Of a stretch of 39,494 nt of DNA, positions 35,998-39,494 are shown in pieces. Every line of letters begins with the position of its first letter. Position 1 is the first letter of the stretch. The notes beneath the pieces are model-generated. The model did not search any database, was not told the origin of the DNA, and worked only from the letters and a program-made list of their open reading frames with translations. A program made the position numbers and the translations under genes. Source of the DNA: a virus (taxonomy: Duplodnaviria; Caudoviricetes); IMG/VR virus record IMGVR_UViG_3300044580_000264, positions 1 through 39,494 of that record. One strand, written 5' to 3'.

Positions 35998-36486
35998 TTA
36001 ACCCTCCAATAGTTCTTTATCATTTTTACTTTCTTTGCGAATTTCCCTCACAACATCGTCAGCATCCATTCCGATTTTTTCAAGCTTGCCGATATACTCC
36101 GCTACATTTTCCTGTATCTCTTTGCCATGGTGCTGATTTGTTGCCGTTATGACCGCAAGCTCCTGTGCCCATCGCCTAACTTTATAGTATAATTCCATCA
36201 CTTTTTTATGCCATTTGTCACGTCTTTCATCACGCTCTTCTAATCGCATAATTTCTGCGATATACCCATCCTCTTTTATTTGATATTCTAAATCGTATTG
36301 ATTGCGCAATATCTCAATTGCTTTTTTATGTTCTATTGTCAATCTCTCTTCTTGCTCTTGTAACCTTCTGTATATCTCATCTCGTATCATATTTCTATGA
36401 ATAAAATTTTCACTGTGATAATTAGCGATGTACCAATCTATGAAGCTGACGATTGGATGAATAAATTTTTTAAAATTAATTTTCAT
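35998..36486 (-). CDS. Hypothetical coiled-coil protein
   Basis: ATG 36486 overlaps the stop of the upstream micro-ORF. Confidence 0.65.
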   Translation of the reverse strand: MKINFKKFIHPIVSFIDWYIANYHSENFIHRNMIRDEIYRRLQEQEERLTIEHKKAIEILRNQYDLEYQIKEDGYIAEIMRLEERDERRDKWHKKVMELYYKVRRWAQELAVITATNQHHGKEIQENVAEYIGKLEKIGMDADDVVREIRKESKNDKELLEG

Positions 36487-36560
36487 AGAAATAACAATCG
36501 CACGCAAATTATCAATAAAAATAGCGATACCACAACAACTAAAAATAATAGCGTATTCAT
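36483..36560 (-). CDS. 25-aa single-TM micropeptide
   Basis: MNTLLFLVVVVSLFLLIICVRLLFL; GAGG RBS; ATGA coupling to the next gene. Confidence 0.5.
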   Translation of the reverse strand: MNTLLFLVVVVSLFLLIICVRLLFL

Positions 36561-36570
36561 TGCCGTAACC

Positions 36571-36825
36571 TCATCTTTCAAATTTAAATTTCACGATTCC
36601 CCTATAATCGCTTGTGCGTTTGAATTGCACACGCACTATAGCGTCACATTTTGCTTTCACATTATCGTTCAAATCATCAAACCTTCTTTTCAAATCAGCG
36701 AAGTTTTTTTCTGAACAAAATACTATCGCTGATTTATCGTCGAATTCTTGCAGTACCCAGCCTAATTTTTCCGCAATAGCTACTGCTTGTTTAACATCTC
36801 TATTCATCTTTTTCTCCTTGTACAT
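36571..36825 (-). CDS. Hypothetical protein
   Basis: In the operon; AGGAG RBS before the internal Met (MNRDVK). Confidence 0.6.
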   Translation of the reverse strand: MYKEKKMNRDVKQAVAIAEKLGWVLQEFDDKSAIVFCSEKNFADLKRRFDDLNDNVKAKCDAIVRVQFKRTSDYRGIVKFKFER

Positions 36826-37126
36826 TGTTGTCTTCTTCTTTGAATTCTACATACTTCATAAGTCTTTGTGCAATACGCTCTTTTAGTTCATCACGTTTTT
36901 CCATTTCATTGCATATATCCTGTAGTGCATCTTCAATGTTCTCTATATAAGTGTAATCATCTGAATCCCACCATATTTCTTGATGTTTAACATCATATAT
37001 TTTCCCTTCATCATATTCATATGGAGTATTTTGTAAAAGTATATTCATTCCATTGTGTACATAATCATATGCAAGATACTCCATCGCTTGCATGAATTCT
37101 TTTTTAGTCATTAGTAATTTCTTCAT
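36800..37126 (-). CDS. Hypothetical protein
   Basis: AGGAG RBS; overlaps its neighbours. Confidence 0.65.
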   Translation of the reverse strand: MKKLLMTKKEFMQAMEYLAYDYVHNGMNILLQNTPYEYDEGKIYDVKHQEIWWDSDDYTYIENIEDALQDICNEMEKRDELKERIAQRLMKYVEFKEEDNNVQGEKDE

Positions 37127-37352
37127 TTTTTTCTCCTTGCTTTATTTTTTCAATTATTTTTTCATAAGCATGATTTGTATTAAAAAATGTATAGCCTGGA
37201 AACATATTGAAATATATGTCCATGATCATATATTCAGCTTTAATCTCAGTATTTTCGATTTCCGTTATTTCTTTGCTTAAGATATTTTTTACATTTTTGC
37301 CTGCATAACGTGACTGTCTAATACCCATTACTTTCTCAATAAACTTTTTCAT
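37104..37352 (-). CDS. Hypothetical protein
   Basis: AGGAG RBS; overlaps its neighbours. Confidence 0.65.
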   Translation of the reverse strand: MKKFIEKVMGIRQSRYAGKNVKNILSKEITEIENTEIKAEYMIMDIYFNMFPGYTFFNTNHAYEKIIEKIKQGEKNEEITND

Positions 37353-37491
37353 TTTTTTCTCCTTGTTTTACATTTTCCCGATACAGCGACAATAAATATT
37401 TCCCTAAACCGATACCTTGTCGCTTCGCCTCTTTTTTAATCTCATCAATTAATTTTTTCTGTTTGTCACTAACAAAAATTGTTATGTTCAT
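37336..37491 (-). CDS. Small ribbon-helix-helix-like regulator (51 aa), not in the ORF track
   Basis: MNITIFVSDKQKKLIDEIKKEAKRQGIGLGKYLLSLY; GAGGTG RBS; first gene after a promoter. Confidence 0.6.
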   Translation of the reverse strand: MNITIFVSDKQKKLIDEIKKEAKRQGIGLGKYLLSLYRENVKQGEKNEKVY

Positions 37492-37529
37492 TTTTTCACC
37501 TCTCTTATTCAATATATTGTTATAATATA

Positions 37530-37557
37530 ATTATACTTATAACTATATAAACGTCAA
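37530..37557 (-). promoter_or_regulatory. Early operon promoter
   Basis: TTGACG-16-TATAAT. Confidence 0.65.
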
Positions 37558-37578
37558 CCAACTTTATGCAATTATTTT

Positions 37579-37869
37579 TTATGCGTTATATTGTTTACTC
37601 GCTGGATATATTAGCAATCCGTGAATCTTCGCATACATCCACTTTTTTTTGACATCTTCCGGAATATCATAATCAATTGCCATTTTTTGTTCACGCCTCG
37701 ATTTCCTTTTACTTTTATAGTCTAATCTGCAAGTCTTGCACCAGCTATCGTAATATAATCCTGTTTTTTTCTCAACTATTGCGAAATTATCAACTGATAA
37801 TTTTTCATCACAATGAGCACAATACAGCGCATTATGATTATTTTCGATTCCCCGGTATCCTCTATTCAT
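37579..37869 (-). CDS. Zn-finger protein
   Basis: CAHC...WCKTC; likely start at MNRGYRG. Confidence 0.6.
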   Translation of the reverse strand: MNRGYRGIENNHNALYCAHCDEKLSVDNFAIVEKKTGLYYDSWCKTCRLDYKSKRKSRREQKMAIDYDIPEDVKKKWMYAKIHGLLIYPASKQYNA

Positions 37870-38080
37870 ATTTCGTCCATCCTTGCCTAATAATATGGTC
37901 ATAACGACCTTCGATATAACTAATGCAAAATGTATCAAACGATATTTCTTTACGGCCAAGCTTCAAGTGCTTTTCGTAAGCATAATACATAGCATCAATT
38001 ACATCGTCATCTGCGATAACGAACGCATTTTTTACCCTTCCGATTTTCACAACTTTTTTTTCATTTTCTGGTATTAACAT
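37862..38080 (-). CDS. Hypothetical protein
   Basis: AGGAG RBS before MLIPENE within ORF 37862..38161. Confidence 0.55.
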   Translation of the reverse strand: MLIPENEKKVVKIGRVKNAFVIADDDVIDAMYYAYEKHLKLGRKEISFDTFCISYIEGRYDHIIRQGWTKYE

Positions 38081-38111
38081 AATATTCTCCTTGTTCTTTT
38101 TATTAAATTTT

Positions 38112-38315
38112 TTATCTCGTGACGATATGAAACATTGCACATCGCAAGTATATCTCGTCATTCAAAACAATATTCTCAATCTTTTCGACAAATTGCGATA
38201 ATGACTCTGCTTCTTCATTCGCTTTTTTTACTTCTGCAAAAAAGTTTTTGATATCTTCGTCAGTCAAGCCACATGCTTCTTTGATATCGAATAGACCATG
38301 ATTGAATTTTAACAT
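38112..38315 (-). CDS. Hypothetical protein
   Basis: AGGAG RBS. Confidence 0.6.
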   Translation of the reverse strand: MLKFNHGLFDIKEACGLTDEDIKNFFAEVKKANEEAESLSQFVEKIENIVLNDEIYLRCAMFHIVTR

Positions 38316-38382
38316 ATTGATTCTCCTTATTTTAATTTTTGTCTCAGTGTTTCAATCTCTCATAGTTAACATATAAATTATA

Positions 38383-38416
38383 TCCGTCATTCCAATCACA
38401 CTATTGGAATGACGGA
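38383..38416. repeat. Perfect 14-bp inverted repeat (hairpin)
   Basis: tccgtcattccaat-cacact-attggaatgacgga; intergenic. Confidence 0.8.
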
Positions 38417-38424
38417 CAAATAAA

Positions 38425-38796
38425 TCAATAAATATCATCCAATCTTTCTTTTTCGTATTTCGCTTCCCACAGTTCACGAAGATACTCATCAATAACTTTT
38501 GCCTTTTCACCTATCTTCTTGTTCAACTCTTCAACAATTTGTTCATGTCGTTTTTTCAGTTCTTCGATTGCTTCAAGCAATAAGTCAAGAAATTGACACA
38601 TTTTATCGATTTTTTCTTCGATTGAGCTTGAGCTTTCAGGAAAATCAAAATGTCTTGTAACCTCGCATCCCTGATATGATAGTATTATTCTATCATCATC
38701 GAAAAATGCTTTCACTCCACCGCTGTGCAATATCCTTTCGGCTATGCTAACATAATCATTTTTTACGACATCGTTTAGTGTTACATCAAATTTCAT
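38425..38796 (-). CDS. Hypothetical coiled-coil protein
   Basis: GGAGG RBS; overlaps the upstream gene. Confidence 0.65.
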   Translation of the reverse strand: MKFDVTLNDVVKNDYVSIAERILHSGGVKAFFDDDRIILSYQGCEVTRHFDFPESSSSIEEKIDKMCQFLDLLLEAIEELKKRHEQIVEELNKKIGEKAKVIDEYLRELWEAKYEKERLDDIY

Positions 38797-39112
38797 TTGA
38801 AGCCTCCTTATAGTTTTTTATTAATACATCTTTTATTCGTTTCTTCTCTTCGCTATGAGTTGCATCGTGCGAATCAGAATTCAGTGTTGCATGTGCCAGT
38901 TCATGAGCAAGAGCATTTATCACCTGATTGACACTCTTATTCTCAGCAGATAAAACTACTTGTACTTTACCATTGCTTGAAGTCATTACCGCTCGATACT
39001 TCTCTCTATCAAGCATTGTTGTCAGCGTTATTTCAATTTCTTTCCCGACAATTTCTTTTGAAATTCGTTGTAGTTTTGTCCAATTTATTCCATCTTCCAA
39101 CATTACGCACAT
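38786..39112 (-). CDS. Small HExxH zinc metallopeptidase-like protein (ImmA/IrrE-like)
   Basis: ALAHELAH plus a downstream His; AGGAGG RBS before ATG 39112. Confidence 0.65.
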   Translation of the reverse strand: MCVMLEDGINWTKLQRISKEIVGKEIEITLTTMLDREKYRAVMTSSNGKVQVVLSAENKSVNQVINALAHELAHATLNSDSHDATHSEEKKRIKDVLIKNYKEASNEI

Positions 39113-39126
39113 TTTACTCCTCCTTT

Positions 39127-39494
39127 TCAAATTCCATTAGATTCGACAGGCTCGTTTTCAGCCTTGTTTTTCTTCTTTCTGCCACCTCTTGCACCGTAAT
39201 ATCTTGCTGAATAACAGGTGAGAATTTTCATAATATCCTCTGCAAGTTCTTCTTCATACTTCTTATCCTTCACTTCCATTACTTCAACCTGAATTTCAAG
39301 ATTGGAAAAGATTGCATCAAGATATTCATAGCCAAACCGTGCAAGTCTGTCTTTGTATTCAATCAGTACCCGTTCAACTTTGCCTTCAAAACACATCTTG
39401 ATTAACTTATGTATTCCGTTTCGTTTCTCGTTTATTCCACTGGCAATCTCATCAATCAAAACATACTTATAACCTTTGGCTTCTGCGTGTTTTC
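39127..39494 (-). CDS. tnpA: IS607-family serine recombinase, C-terminal part (joins 1..289)
   Basis: DEIASG, YKDRLARFG, EELAEDIM.ILT.YSAR.YG.R. Confidence 0.9.
   Translation of the reverse strand, partial: KHAEAKGYKYVLIDEIASGINEKRNGIHKLIKMCFEGKVERVLIEYKDRLARFGYEYLDAIFSNLEIQVEVMEVKDKKYEEELAEDIMKILTCYSARYYGARGGRKKKNKAENEPVESNGI
39456..39494. repeat. Terminal direct repeat, copy 2
   Basis: Identical to 1-39. Confidence 0.95.

Noticed and set aside
38425-39126. TnpB/Cas12-like nuclease downstream of the IS607 tnpA
   Set aside because: The downstream ORFs are short and lack RuvC and Zn-ribbon motifs

Overview
The window is an apparently complete, circularly permuted, AT-rich tailed-phage genome of about 39,455 bp; bases 1-39 repeat exactly at 39456-39494. 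It looks like a siphovirus, with a lambda-type head module, a tail tube and tape measure, and no sheath. The + strand (7.26-29.98 kb) carries terS, a gpA-type terL, a 5.5 kb accessory/lysis island, and then the head and tail genes, ending in a DGR-target-like C-type-lectin receptor-binding protein and a glycine-rich fibre. The island holds an antisense outer-membrane phospholipase A, a 53-aa stand-alone NrdD-type glycyl-radical domain, holin candidates, two methyltransferases, a GT2 glycosyltransferase and a YkuD-like endolysin candidate. The - strand (29.98 kb to the end, wrapping to 6.3 kb) carries a lipoprotein, RecT/YqaJ, an SF2 helicase, an adenine MTase, VRR-NUC, an IS607-type serine recombinase lacking TnpB, a C5 MTase, a phiEco32-type amidoligase, a membrane-anchored Acb2/Tad1-like protein, a radical SAM enzyme and a P4-like primase-helicase. 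An iteron-rich origin lies between the two arms. I recognised no integrase, CI-type repressor, reverse transcriptase, tRNA or CRISPR array. The host is probably a diderm anaerobe (OMPLA, glycyl-radical domain), possibly a spirochaete; this is inference. All family calls come from motif recognition by eye, not database searches.
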